Shown: positions 1 through 13,110, counted from the first letter of the stretch. The stretch is DNA of 29,412 nucleotides from a virus (IMGVR_UViG_2609459833_000001); one strand, 5' to 3'. Numbers and translations: made by a program. The notes: a model not told the origin generated them from the letters alone.

Positions 1-705
1 ATGGGCGCTGCTTCGCAGACAGGCAGAACTTGATGGTATGCCTGCGATCAATGCCAAACGTGTTTACCGGATCATGCGCCAGAATGCGCTGTTGCTTGAG
101 CGAAAACCTGCTGTACCGCCATCGAAACGGGCACATACAGGCAGAGTGGCTGTGAAAGAAAGTAATCAGCGATGGTGCTCTGACGGGTTCGAGTTCCGCT
201 GTGATAACGGAGAAAAACTGCGAGTCACGTTCGCGCTGGACTGCTGTGACCGTGAGGCACTGCACTGGGCGGTCACTACGGGCGGCTTCAACAGTGAAAC
301 AGTACAGGACGTCATGCTGGGAGCGGTGGAACGCCGCTTCGGCAACGAGCTTCCGGCGTCTCCAGTAGAGTGGCTGACGGATAATGGTTCATGCTACCGG
401 GCTAATGAAACACGGCAGTTTGCCCGGATGTTGGGGCTTGAACCGAAGAGCACGGCGGTGCGGAGTCCGGAGAGTAACGGCATAGCAGAGAGCTTCGTGA
501 AAACGATAAAGCGTGACTACATCAGTGTCATGCCCAAACCAGACGGGTTAACGGCAGCAAAGAACCTTGCAGAGGCGTTCGAGCATTATAACGAATGGCA
601 TCCGCATAGTGCACTGGGTTATCGCTCGCCACGGGAATATCTACGGCAGCAAGCCAGTAATGGGTTAAGTGATAACAGGTGTCTGGAAATATAGGGGCAA
701 ATCCA
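1..705 (+). mobile_element. IS2 (IS3 family) partial copy: right-hand 705 bp including the terminal inverted repeat (...GGGGCAAATCCA ends at 705); element continues beyond window start
   Basis: Encoded protein matches IS2 OrfB/InsD as I recall it; terminus sequence TGGATTTGCCCCTATATTTCCAGACA (read inward) matches the IS2 right inverted repeat; sequence identity with the other window end stops exactly at 705. Confidence 0.9.
2..694 (+). CDS. insD: IS2 transposase OrfB/InsD, C-terminal portion (5' end lies outside the window)
   Basis: Frame from position 2 reads [31 protein letters not shown]...SDNRCLEI, the C-terminal part of IS2 InsD including the DDE integrase core; ORF track 38..694 is its internal-Met version. 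Confidence 0.9.
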   Translation, partial: WALLRRQAELDGMPAINAKRVYRIMRQNALLLERKPAVPPSKRAHTGRVAVKESNQRWCSDGFEFRCDNGEKLRVTFALDCCDREALHWAVTTGGFNSETVQDVMLGAVERRFGNELPASPVEWLTDNGSCYRANETRQFARMLGLEPKSTAVRSPESNGIAESFVKTIKRDYISVMPKPDGLTAAKNLAEAFEHYNEWHPHSALGYRSPREYLRQQASNGLSDNRCLEI

Positions 706-1031
706 AAGACATCATGCTCGGTAAAACGTATACCAAAGCAGAATGCAAAGCCCTCCTGAATAAAGACCTTACCACGGTCGCCAGACAAATTAACCCGTAC
801 ATCAAAGTCGATATACCGGAAACAATGCGCGGCGCTCTTTACTCATTCGTTTACAACGTGGGTGCTGGCAATTTCAGAACATCGACGCTTCTTCGCAAAA
901 TAAACCAGGGCGATATCAAAGGCGCATGTGATCAGCTACGTCGCTGGACATATGCTGGCGGTAAGCAATGGAAAGGTCTCATGACTCGTCGTGAGATTGA
1001 GCGTGAAATCTGTTTGTGGGGTCAGCAATGA
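706..1031 (+). pseudogene. Phage endolysin, T4-type lysozyme (GH24; DLP12 RrrD-like), 5'-truncated by the IS2 insertion
   Basis: Translation from the IS2 junction ([22 protein letters not shown]...[13 protein letters not shown]) matches the C-terminal ~108 aa of the ~165-aa RrrD-type lysozyme; the N-terminal ~57 aa with the catalytic residues are absent here. The first 12 codons of ORF 669..1031 are IS2-derived. Confidence 0.8.
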
Positions 1032-1485
1032 ACAGAGTAACCGCGATTATCTCCGCTCTGGTTATCTGCATCATCGTCTGCCTGTCATGGGCTGTTAATC
1101 ATTACCGTGATAACGCCATTACCTACAAAGCCCAGCGCGACAAAAATGCCAGAGAACTGAAGCTGGCGAACGCGGCAATTACTGACATGCAGATGCGTCA
1201 GCGTGATGTTGCTGCGCTCGATGCAAAATACACGAAGGAGTTAGCTGATGCGAAAGCTGAAAATGATGCTCTGCGTGATGATGTTGCCGCTGGTCGTCGT
1301 CGGTTGCACATCAAAGCAGTCAGTCAGTGCGTGAAGCCACCACCGCCTCCGGCGTGGATAATGCAGCCTCCCCCCGACTGGCAGACACCGCTGAACGGGA
1401 TTATTTCACCCTCAGAGAGAGGCTGATCACTATGCAAAAACAACTGGAAGGAACCCAGAAGTATATTAATGAGCAGTGCAGATAG
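1028..1485 (+). pseudogene. Rz: i-spanin Rz, frameshifted (4-bp deletion relative to lambda Rz near 1320)
   Basis: N-terminal 100 aa ([44 protein letters not shown]...RRRLHIKAV) match lambda Rz; the Rz C-terminal peptide [30 protein letters not shown] is present in another frame ending at TAG 1483-1485. Span 1028..1485 is 458 nt; lambda Rz (153 aa + stop) needs 462 nt. ATGA overlap with the endolysin stop. Confidence 0.8.
1248..1426 (+). pseudogene. Rz1: o-spanin Rz1 (embedded lipoprotein), disrupted by the same 4-bp deletion
   Basis: AAGGAG RBS at 1235-1240, ATG at 1248. Lipoprotein N-terminus [27 protein letters not shown] then a stop at 1332-1334; the proline-rich Rz1 C-terminus ([32 protein letters not shown]) is in the frame of ORF 1016..1426, fused to the Rz N-terminus. 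Confidence 0.7.
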
Positions 1486-1516
1486 AGCTGCCCATATCGA
1501 TGGGCAACTCATGCAA

Positions 1517-1810
1517 TTATTGTGAGCAATACACACGCGCTTCCAGCGGAGTATAAATGCCTAAAGTAATAAAACCGAGCAATCCATTTACGAATGTTTG
1601 CTGGGTTTCTGTTTTAACAACATTTTCTGCGCCGCCACAAATTTTGGCTGCATCAACAGTTTTCTCCTGTCCAATTCCCGAAACGAAGAAGTGATGGGTG
1701 ATGGTTTCCTTTGGTGTTACTGCTGTCGGTTTGTTTCCAACAGTAAACGTCTGTTGAGCACATCCTGTAATAAGCATTGCCAGAGCGGCAGAAAACAACA
1801 TTTTTTTCAT
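1517..1810 (-). CDS. bor: Bor lipoprotein (serum-resistance outer-membrane lipoprotein)
   Basis: 97-aa product MKKMLFSAALAMLITGCAQQTFTV...LEARVYCSQ with lipobox LITGC; close match to lambda Bor. Start chosen at MKKML (1808-1810 on minus) rather than the ORF-track start at 1858. Confidence 0.9.
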   Translation of the reverse strand: MKKMLFSAALAMLITGCAQQTFTVGNKPTAVTPKETITHHFFVSGIGQEKTVDAAKICGGAENVVKTETQQTFVNGLLGFITLGIYTPLEARVYCSQ

Positions 1811-2168
1811 CTTATTATCCTGCATTGTTAAAAACGGCAGAATCCTATGTGACAACAATTAAACGATAGTTAAATGGATTGATGAAAATTAAAACTATAT
1901 AGGTGGATGCTCAGCCTATTGGAGGAGGGGGCACTCAGAATCCTGTGGAATGAAATAAACCGCTCTTTCTGTCCATTACCCTTTTAGCTGCGCTGTATCG
2001 TCGCCGTATTCCCGCATTAACCATGACCGTAGCCCGACGGGGAATTCCTTCTGCGTGAGTGTGCGGGAATAATCAAAAACGATGCACACCGGGTTTTACT
2101 GTGCTGACAGACGCAGGGTTACCCTCATAGTCGCTTTTCCGGTGCGATGGTGGAAGAAACCGGGATGT

Positions 2169-2363
2169 TTATTCATCATCACTTTGGATTGATGTATATG
2201 CTCTCTTTTCTGACGTTAGTCTCCGACGGCAGGCTTCAATGACCCAGGCTGAGAAATTCCCAGACCCTTTTTGCTCAAGAGCGATGTTAATTTGTTCAAT
2301 CATTTGGTTAGGAAAGCGGATGTTGCGGGTTGTTGTTCTGCGGGTTCTGTTCTTCGTTGACAT
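2169..2363 (-). CDS. Small hypothetical protein, possible ribbon-helix-helix DNA-binding fold
   Basis: 64-aa ORF; a short basic strand (RNIRFP) followed by two predicted helices (NQMIEQINIALEQ / NFSAWVIEACRRRL) resembles Arc/CopG-type RHH proteins. Only a weak RBS; function inferred. Confidence 0.4.
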   Translation of the reverse strand: MSTKNRTRRTTTRNIRFPNQMIEQINIALEQKGSGNFSAWVIEACRRRLTSEKRAYTSIQSDDE

Positions 2364-2519
2364 GAGGTTGCCCCGTATTCAGTGTCGCTGATTTGTATTG
2401 TCTGAAGTTGTTTTTACGTTAAGTTGATGCAGATCAATTAATACGATACCTGCGTCATAATTGATTATTTGACGTGGTTTGATGGCGTAGATGCACGTTG
2501 TGATATGTAGATGATAATT

Positions 2520-2740
2520 ATTATCATTTTTCGGGTCCTTTCCGGCGATCCGACAGGTTACGGGGCGGCGACCTCGCGGGTTTTCGCTATTTATGAAAAT
2601 TTTCCGGTTTAAGGCATTTCCGTTCTTCTTCGTCGTAACTTAATGTTTTTATTTAAAATACCCCCTGAAAAGAAAGGAAACGACAGGTGCTGAAAACGAG
2701 CTTTTGGGCCTCTGTCGTTTCCTTTCTCTGTTTTTGGCCG
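2520..2740. other. cos: cos DNA-packaging site (cosQ-cosN-cosB); cosN 12-nt cohesive end GGGCGGCGACCT at 2563-2574
   Basis: Sequence GGGCGGCGACCTCGCGGGTTTTCGCTATTTATGAAAATTTTCCGG matches the lambda left end. Downstream inverted copies of GGAAACGACAG (2683-2696 and 2713-2725) match terminase-binding R elements of cosB, immediately upstream of Nu1. Confidence 0.85.
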
Positions 2741-2751
2741 TGGAATGAACA

Positions 2752-3271
2752 ATGGAAGTCAACAAAAAGCAGCTGGCTGACATTTTCGGTGCGAGTATCC
2801 GTACCATTCAGAACTGGCAGGAACAGGGAATGCCCGTTCTGCGAGGCGGTGGCAAGGGTAATGAGGTGCTTTATGACTCTGCCGCCGTTATAAGATGGTA
2901 TGCCGAAAGGGATGCTGAAATTGAGAACGAAAAGCTGCGCCGGGAAGTTGAAGAACTGCGGCAGGCCAGCGAGACAGATCTCCAGCCAGGGACTATTGAG
3001 TACGAACGCCATCGACTTACGCGTGCGCAGGCCGACGCACAGGAGCTGAAAAATGCCAGAGACTCCGCTGAAGTGGTGGAAACCGCATTCTGTACTTTCG
3101 TGCTGTCGCGGATCGCAGGTGAAATTGCCAGTATTCTCGACGGGATCCCCCTGTCGGTGCAGCGGCGTTTTCCGGAACTGGAAAACCGACATGTTGATTT
3201 CCTGAAACGGGATATCATCAAAGCCATGAACAAAGCAGCCGCGCTGGATGAACTGATACCGGGGTTGCTGA

Positions 3272-3297
<26 letters not shown>
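2752..3297 (+). CDS. Nu1: Terminase small subunit
   Basis: 181 aa, MEVNKKQLADIFGASIRTIQNWQEQGMPVL..., matches lambda Nu1; N-terminal winged-HTH; position directly after cosB. Confidence 0.95.
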
Positions 3298-6978
<3,681 letters not shown>

Positions 6979-6998
<20 letters not shown>

Positions 6999-8298
6999 TC
7001 TCCCGCATATTGCCAGCATGGCTTTTAATGAGCCGCTGATGCTTGAACCCGCCTATGCGCGGGTTTTCTTTTGTGCGCTTGCAGGCCAGCTTGGGATCAG
7101 CCGCCTGACGGATGCGGTGTCCGGCGACAGCCTGACTGCCCAGGAGGCACTCGCGACGCTGGCATTATCCGGTGATGATGACGGACCACGACAGGCCCGC
7201 AGTTATCAGGTCATGAACGGCATCGCCGTGCTGCCGGTGTCCGGCACGCTGGTCAGCCGGACGCGGGCGCTGCAGCCGTACTCGGGGATGACCGGTTACA
7301 ACGGCATTATCGCCCGTCTGCAACAGGCTGCCAGCGATCCGATGGTGGACGGCATTCTGCTCGATATGGACACGCCCGGCGGGATGGTGGCGGGGGCATT
7401 TGACTGCGCTGACATCATCGCCCGTGTGCGTGACATAAAACCGGTATGGGCGCTGGCCAACGACATGAACTGCAGTGCAGGTCAGCTGCTTGCCAGTGCC
7501 GCCTCCCGGCGTCTGGTCACGCAGACCGCCCGGACAGGCTCCATCGGCGTCATGATGGCTCACAGTAATTACGGTGCTGCGCTGGAGAAACAGGGTGTGG
7601 AAATCACTCTGATTTACAGCGGCAGCCATAAGGTGGATGGCAACCCCTACAGCCATCTTCCGGATGACGTCCGGGAGACACTGCAGTCCCGGATGGACGC
7701 AACCCGCCAGATGTTTGCGCAGAAGGTGTCGGCATATACCGGCCTGTCCGTGCAGGCTGTGCTGGATACCGAGGCTGCAGTGTACAGCGGTCAGGAGGCC
7801 ATTGATGCCGGACTGGCTGATGAACTTGTTAACAGCACCGATGCGATCACCGTCATGCGTGATGCACTGGATGCACGTAAATCCCGTCTCTCAGGAGGGC
7901 GAATGACCAAAGAGACTCAATCAACAACTGTTTCAGCCACTGCTTCGCAGGCTGACGTTACTGACGTGGTGCCAGCGACGGAGGGCGAAAACGCCAGCGC
8001 GGCGCAGCCGGACGTGAACGCGCAGATCACCGCAGCGGTTGCGGCAGAAAACAGCCGCATTATGGGGATCCTCAACTGTGAGGAGGCTCACGGACGCGAA
8101 GAACAGGCACGCGTGCTGGCAGAAACCCCCGGTATGACCGTGGAAACGGCCCGCCGCATTCTGGCCGCAGCACCACAGAGTGCACAGGCGCGCAGTGACA
8201 CTGCGCTGGATCGTCTGATGCAGGGGGCACCGGCACCGCTGGCTGCAGGTAACCCGGCATCTGATGCCGTTAACGATTTGCTGAACACACCAGTGTAA
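6979..8298 (+). CDS. C: Head maturation protease / scaffold-fusion protein C (GTG start)
   Basis: 439 aa from GTG 6979 (VTAELRNLPHIASMAFNEPLML...), matches lambda gpC; ORF track 6844..8298 is the longer upstream-extended frame. Confidence 0.9.
7693..8298 (+). CDS. Nu3: Scaffolding protein Nu3 (in-frame internal start within C)
   Basis: ATG at 7693 is in frame with C (MDATRQMFAQKV...); corresponds to lambda Nu3 by position and sequence. Confidence 0.7.
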   Translation: MDATRQMFAQKVSAYTGLSVQAVLDTEAAVYSGQEAIDAGLADELVNSTDAITVMRDALDARKSRLSGGRMTKETQSTTVSATASQADVTDVVPATEGENASAAQPDVNAQITAAVAAENSRIMGILNCEEAHGREEQARVLAETPGMTVETARRILAAAPQSAQARSDTALDRLMQGAPAPLAAGNPASDAVNDLLNTPV

Positions 8299-8307
8299 GG
8301 GATGTTT

Positions 8308-8640
8308 ATGACGAGCAAAGAAACCTTTACCCATTACCAGCCGCTGGGCAACAGTGACCCGGCTCATACCGCAACCGCGCCCGGCGGATTGAGTGCGAAA
8401 GCGCCTGCAATGACCCCGCTGATGCTGGACACCTCCAGCCGTAAGCTGGTTGCGTGGGATGGCACCACCGACGGTGCTGCCGTTGGCATTCTTGCGGTTG
8501 CTGCTGACCAGACCAGCACCACGCTGACGTTCTACAAGTCCGGCACGTTCCGTTATGAGGATGTGCTCTGGCCGGAGGCTGCCAGCGACGAGACGAAAAA
8601 ACGGACCGCGTTTGCCGGAACGGCAATCAGCATCGTTTAA
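8308..8640 (+). CDS. D: Head decoration protein D
   Basis: 110 aa [27 protein letters not shown]..., matches lambda gpD. Confidence 0.93.
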   Translation: MTSKETFTHYQPLGNSDPAHTATAPGGLSAKAPAMTPLMLDTSSRKLVAWDGTTDGAAVGILAVAADQTSTTLTFYKSGTFRYEDVLWPEAASDETKKRTAFAGTAISIV

Positions 8641-8660
8641 CTTTACCCTTCATCACTAAA

Positions 8661-8686
8661 GGCCGCCTGTGCGGCTTTTTTTACGG
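8661..8686 (+). terminator. Weak stem-loop plus T-tract between D and E (possible attenuator)
   Basis: GCCGC-CTGT-GCGGC stem followed by TTTTTTT; short stem, so probably partial termination at most. Confidence 0.35.
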
Positions 8687-8695
8687 GATTTTTTT

Positions 8696-9721
8696 ATGTC
8701 GATGTACACAACCGCCCAACTGCTGGCGGCAAATGAGCAGAAATTTAAGTTTGATCCGCTGTTTCTGCGTCTCTTTTTCCGTGAGAGCTATCCCTTCACC
8801 ACGGAGAAAGTCTATCTCTCACAAATTCCGGGACTGGTAAACATGGCGCTGTACGTTTCGCCGATTGTTTCCGGTGAGGTTATCCGTTCCCGTGGCGGCT
8901 CCACCTCTGAATTTACGCCGGGATATGTCAAGCCGAAGCATGAAGTGAATCCGCAGATGACCCTGCGTCGCCTGCCGGATGAAGATCCGCAGAATCTGGC
9001 GGACCCGGCTTACCGCCGCCGTCGCATCATCATGCAGAACATGCGTGACGAAGAGCTGGCCATTGCTCAGGTCGAAGAGATGCAGGCAGTTTCTGCCGTG
9101 CTTAAGGGCAAATACACCATGACCGGTGAAGCCTTCGATCCGGTTGAGGTGGATATGGGCCGCAGTGAGGAGAATAACATCACGCAGTCCGGCGGCACGG
9201 AGTGGAGCAAGCGTGACAAGTCCACGTATGACCCGACCGACGATATCGAAGCCTACGCGCTGAACGCCAGCGGTGTGGTGAATATCATCGTGTTCGATCC
9301 GAAAGGCTGGGCGCTGTTCCGTTCCTTCAAAGCCGTCAGGGAGAAGCTGGATACCCGTCGTGGCTCTAATTCCGAGCTGGAGACAGCGGTGAAAGACCTG
9401 GGCAAAGCGGTGTCCTATAAGGGGATGTATGGCGATGTGGCCATCGTCGTGTATTCCGGACAGTACGTGGAAAACGGCGTCAAAAAGAACTTCCTGCCGG
9501 ACAACACGATGGTGCTGGGGAACACTCAGGCACGCGGTCTGCGCACCTATGGCTGCATTCAGGATGCGGACGCACAGCGCGAAGGCATTAACGCCTCTGC
9601 CCGTTACCCGAAAAACTGGGTGACCACCGGCGATCCGGCGCGTGAGTTCACCATGATTCAGTCAGCACCGCTGATGCTGCTGGCTGACCCTGATGAGTTC
9701 GTGTCCGTACAACTGGCGTAA
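8696..9721 (+). CDS. E: Major capsid protein E
   Basis: 341 aa MSMYTTAQLLAANEQKFKFDPLFL..., matches lambda gpE. Confidence 0.95.
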   Translation: MSMYTTAQLLAANEQKFKFDPLFLRLFFRESYPFTTEKVYLSQIPGLVNMALYVSPIVSGEVIRSRGGSTSEFTPGYVKPKHEVNPQMTLRRLPDEDPQNLADPAYRRRRIIMQNMRDEELAIAQVEEMQAVSAVLKGKYTMTGEAFDPVEVDMGRSEENNITQSGGTEWSKRDKSTYDPTDDIEAYALNASGVVNIIVFDPKGWALFRSFKAVREKLDTRRGSNSELETAVKDLGKAVSYKGMYGDVAIVVYSGQYVENGVKKNFLPDNTMVLGNTQARGLRTYGCIQDADAQREGINASARYPKNWVTTGDPAREFTMIQSAPLMLLADPDEFVSVQLA

Positions 9722-9762
9722 TCATGGCCCTTCGGGGCCATTGTTTCTCTGTGGAGGAGTCC

Positions 9763-10161
9763 ATGACGAAAGATGAACTGATTGCCCGTCTCCGCTCGCT
9801 GGGTGAACAACTGAACCGTGATGTCAGCCTGACGGGGACGAAAGAAGAACTGGCGCTCCGTGTGGCAGAGCTGGAAGAGGAGCTTGATGACACGGATGAA
9901 ACTGCCGGTCAGGACATCCCTCTCAGCCGGGAAAATGTGCTGACCGGACATGAAAATGAGGTGGGATCAGCGCAGCCGGATACCGTGATTCTGGATACGT
10001 CTGAACTGGTCACGGTCGTGGCACTGGTGAAGCTGCATACTGATGCACTTCACGCCACGCGGGATGAACCTGTGGCATTTGTGCTGCCGGGAACGGCGTT
10101 TCGTGTCTCTGCCGGTGTGGCAGCCGAAATGACAGAGCGCGGCCTGGCCAGAATGCAATAA
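9763..10161 (+). CDS. FI: DNA-packaging protein FI
   Basis: 132 aa MTKDELIARLRSLGEQLNRDVSL..., matches lambda gpFI; GGAGGA RBS upstream. Confidence 0.93.
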   Translation: MTKDELIARLRSLGEQLNRDVSLTGTKEELALRVAELEEELDDTDETAGQDIPLSRENVLTGHENEVGSAQPDTVILDTSELVTVVALVKLHTDALHATRDEPVAFVLPGTAFRVSAGVAAEMTERGLARMQ

Positions 10162-10172
10162 CGGGAGGCGCT

Positions 10173-10526
10173 GTGGCTGATTTCGATAACCTGTTCGATG
10201 CTGCCATTGCCCGCGCCGATGAAACGATACGCGGGTACATGGGAACGTCAGCCACCATGACATCCGGTGAGCAGTCAGGTGCGGTGATACGTGGTGTTTT
10301 TGATGACCCTGAAAATATCAGCTATGCCGGACAGGGCGTGCGCGTTGAAGGCTCCAGCCCGTCCCTGTTTGTCCGGACTGATGAGGTGCGGCAGCTGCGG
10401 CGTGGAGACACGCTGACCATCGGTGAGGAAAATTTCTGGGTAGATCGGGTTTCGCCGGATGATGGCGGAAGTTGTCATCTCTGGCTTGGACGGGGCGTAC
10501 CGCCTGCCGTTAACCGTCGCCGCTGA
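10173..10526 (+). CDS. FII: Head-tail connector protein FII
   Basis: 117 aa MADFDNLFDAAIARADETIRGYMG..., matches lambda gpFII. Confidence 0.93.
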   Translation: MADFDNLFDAAIARADETIRGYMGTSATMTSGEQSGAVIRGVFDDPENISYAGQGVRVEGSSPSLFVRTDEVRQLRRGDTLTIGEENFWVDRVSPDDGGSCHLWLGRGVPPAVNRRR

Positions 10527-10537
10527 AAGGGGGATGT

Positions 10538-11116
10538 ATGGCCATAAAAGGTCTTGAGCAGGCCGTTGAAAACCTCAGCCGTATCAGCAAAACGGCGGTG
10601 CCTGGTGCCGCCGCAATGGCCATTAACCGCGTTGCTTCATCCGCGATATCGCAGTCGGCGTCACAAGTTGCCCGTGAGACAAAGGTACGCCGGAAACTGG
10701 TAAAGGAAAGGGCCAGGCTGAAAAGGGCCACGGTCAAAAATCCGCAGGCCAGAATCAAAGTTAACCGGGGGGATTTGCCCGTAATCAAGCTGGGTAATGC
10801 GCGGGTTGTCCTTTCGCGCCGCAGGCGTCGTAAAAAGGGGCAGCGTTCATCCCTGAAAGGTGGCGGCAGCGTGCTTGTGGTGGGTAACCGTCGTATTCCC
10901 GGCGCGTTTATTCAGCAACTGAAAAATGGCCGGTGGCATGTCATGCAGCGTGTGGCCGGGAAAAACCGTTACCCCATTGATGTGGTGAAAATCCCGATGG
11001 CGGTGCCGCTGACCACGGCGTTTAAACAAAATATTGAGCGGATACGGCGTGAACGTCTTCCGAAAGAGCTGGGCTATGCGCTGCAGCATCAACTGAGGAT
11101 GGTAATAAAGCGATGA
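10538..11116 (+). CDS. Z: Tail completion protein Z
   Basis: 192 aa MAIKGLEQAVENLSRISKTAVPG..., matches lambda gpZ. Confidence 0.93.
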   Translation: MAIKGLEQAVENLSRISKTAVPGAAAMAINRVASSAISQSASQVARETKVRRKLVKERARLKRATVKNPQARIKVNRGDLPVIKLGNARVVLSRRRRRKKGQRSSLKGGGSVLVVGNRRIPGAFIQQLKNGRWHVMQRVAGKNRYPIDVVKIPMAVPLTTAFKQNIERIRRERLPKELGYALQHQLRMVIKR

Positions 11117-11508
11117 AACATACTGAACTCCGTGCAGCCGTACTGGATGCACTGGAGAAGCATGACACCGGGGCGACGTTTTTTGATGGTCGCCCCGCTG
11201 TTTTTGATGAGGCGGATTTTCCGGCAGTTGCCGTTTATCTCACCGGCGCTGAATACACGGGCGAAGAGCTGGACAGCGATACCTGGCAGGCGGAGCTGCA
11301 TATCGAAGTTTTCCTGCCTGCTCAGGTGCCGGATTCAGAGCTGGATGCGTGGATGGAGTCCCGGATTTATCCGGTGATGAGCGATATCCCGGCACTGTCA
11401 GATTTGATCACCAGTATGGTGGCCAGCGGCTATGACTACCGGCGCGACGATGATGCGGGCCTGTGGAGTTCAGCCGATCTGACTTATGTCATTACCTATG
11501 AAATGTGA
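11113..11508 (+). CDS. U: Tail terminator protein U
   Basis: 131 aa [24 protein letters not shown]..., matches lambda gpU; ATGA overlap with Z. Confidence 0.93.
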
Positions 11509-11515
11509 GGACGCT

Positions 11516-12256
11516 ATGCCTGTACCAAATCCTACAATGCCGGTGAAAGGTGCCGGGACCACCCTGTGGGTTTATAAGGGGAGCGGTGACCCTTATGCGA
11601 ATCCGCTTTCAGACGTTGACTGGTCGCGTCTGGCAAAAGTTAAAGACCTGACGCCCGGCGAACTGACCGCTGAGTCCTATGACGACAGCTATCTCGATGA
11701 TGAAGATGCAGACTGGACTGCGACCGGGCAGGGGCAGAAATCTGCCGGAGATACCAGCTTCACGCTGGCGTGGATGCCCGGAGAGCAGGGGCAGCAGGCG
11801 CTGCTGGCGTGGTTTAATGAAGGCGATACCCGTGCCTATAAAATCCGCTTCCCGAACGGCACGGTCGATGTGTTCCGTGGCTGGGTCAGCAGTATCGGTA
11901 AGGCGGTGACGGCGAAGGAAGTGATCACCCGCACGGTGAAAGTCACCAATGTGGGACGTCCGTCGATGGCAGAAGATCGCAGCACGGTAACAGCGGCAAC
12001 CGGCATGACCGTGACGCCTGCCAGCACCTCGGTGGTGAAAGGGCAGAGCACCACGCTGACCGTGGCCTTCCAGCCGGAGGGCGTAACCGACAAGAGCTTT
12101 CGTGCGGTGTCTGCGGATAAAACAAAAGCCACCGTGTCGGTCAGTGGTATGACCATCACCGTGAACGGCGTTGCTGCAGGCAAGGTCAACATTCCGGTTG
12201 TATCCGGTAATGGTGAGTTTGCTGCGGTTGCAGAAATTACCGTCACCGCCAGTTAA
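11516..12256 (+). CDS. V: Major tail tube protein V
   Basis: 246 aa from ATG 11516 ([22 protein letters not shown]...), GAGGA RBS; C-terminal Ig-like domain; matches lambda gpV. Confidence 0.93.
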
Positions 12257-12271
12257 TCCGGAGAGTCAGCG

Positions 12272-12694
12272 ATGTTCCTGAAAACCGAATCATTTGAACA
12301 TAACGGTGTGACCGTCACGCTTTCTGAACTGTCAGCCCTGCAGCGCATTGAGCATCTCGCCCTGATGAAACGGCAGGCAGAACAGGCGGAGTCAGACAGC
12401 AACCGGAAGTTTACTGTGGAAGACGCCATCAGAACCGGCGCGTTTCTGGTGGCGATGTCCCTGTGGCATAACCATCCGCAGAAGACGCAGATGCCGTCCA
12501 TGAATGAAGCCGTTAAACAGATTGAGCAGGAAGTGCTTACCACCTGGCCCACGGAGGCAATTTCTCATGCTGAAAACGTGGTGTACCGGCTGTCTGGTAT
12601 GTATGAGTTTGTGGTGAATGATGCCCCTGAACAGGCAGAGGACGCCGGGCCTGCAGAGCCTGTTTCTGCGGGAAAGTGTTCGACGGTGAGCTGA
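12272..12694 (+). CDS. G: Tail assembly chaperone G
   Basis: 140 aa MFLKTESFEHNGVTVTLSELSALQR..., matches lambda gpG. Confidence 0.93.
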   Translation: MFLKTESFEHNGVTVTLSELSALQRIEHLALMKRQAEQAESDSNRKFTVEDAIRTGAFLVAMSLWHNHPQKTQMPSMNEAVKQIEQEVLTTWPTEAISHAENVVYRLSGMYEFVVNDAPEQAEDAGPAEPVSAGKCSTVS

Positions 12695-13110
12695 GTTTTG
12701 CCCTGAAACTGGCGCGCGAGATGGGGCGACCCGACTGGCGTGCCATGCTTGCCGGGATGTCATCCACGGAGTATGCCGACTGGCACCGCTTTTACAGTAC
12801 CCATTATTTTCATGATGTTCTGCTGGATATGCACTTTTCCGGGCTGACGTACACCGTGCTCAGCCTGTTTTTCAGCGATCCGGATATGCATCCGCTGGAT
12901 TTCAGTCTGCTGAACCGGCGCGAGGCTGACGAAGAGCCTGAAGATGATGTGCTGATGCAGAAAGCGGCAGGGCTTGCCGGAGGCGTTCGTTTTGGCCCGG
13001 ACGGGAATGAAGTTATCCCCGCTTCCCCGGATGTGGCGGACATGACGGAGGATGACGTAATGCTGATGACAGTATCAGAAGGGATCGCAGGAGGAGTCCG
13101 GTATGGCTGA
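12272..13110 (+). CDS. T: Tail assembly chaperone G-T fusion made by programmed -1 ribosomal frameshift (slippery heptamer G GGA AAG at 12670-12676)
   Basis: The T frame (12676..13110, MFDGELSFALKLAREMGRPDW...) has no RBS of its own and overlaps the G 3' end in the -1 frame; slippery site GGGAAAG sits in the G zero frame, as in lambda. Confidence 0.85.

Noticed and set aside
669-705. N-terminal 12 codons of ORF 669..1031 as part of the endolysin
   Set aside because: These codons are IS2 sequence; the lysozyme-derived sequence begins only at 706, so the ORF is an IS-fusion artefact rather than a native start.
528-788. 86-aa ORF crossing the IS2 terminus (and its mirror 28628..28885)
   Set aside because: Runs antisense through the InsD 3' end and across the IS2 boundary; it is a junction artefact present at both IS2 ends, not a gene.
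1598-1831. 77-aa plus-strand ORF overlapping bor
   Set aside because: Antisense to bor, Cys/Phe-rich low-complexity product, no RBS; bor is strongly supported on the minus strand.
12676-13110. T as an independently initiated gene
   Set aside because: No RBS and it overlaps the G 3' end in the -1 frame with a canonical slippery heptamer; annotated as the G-T frameshift product instead.
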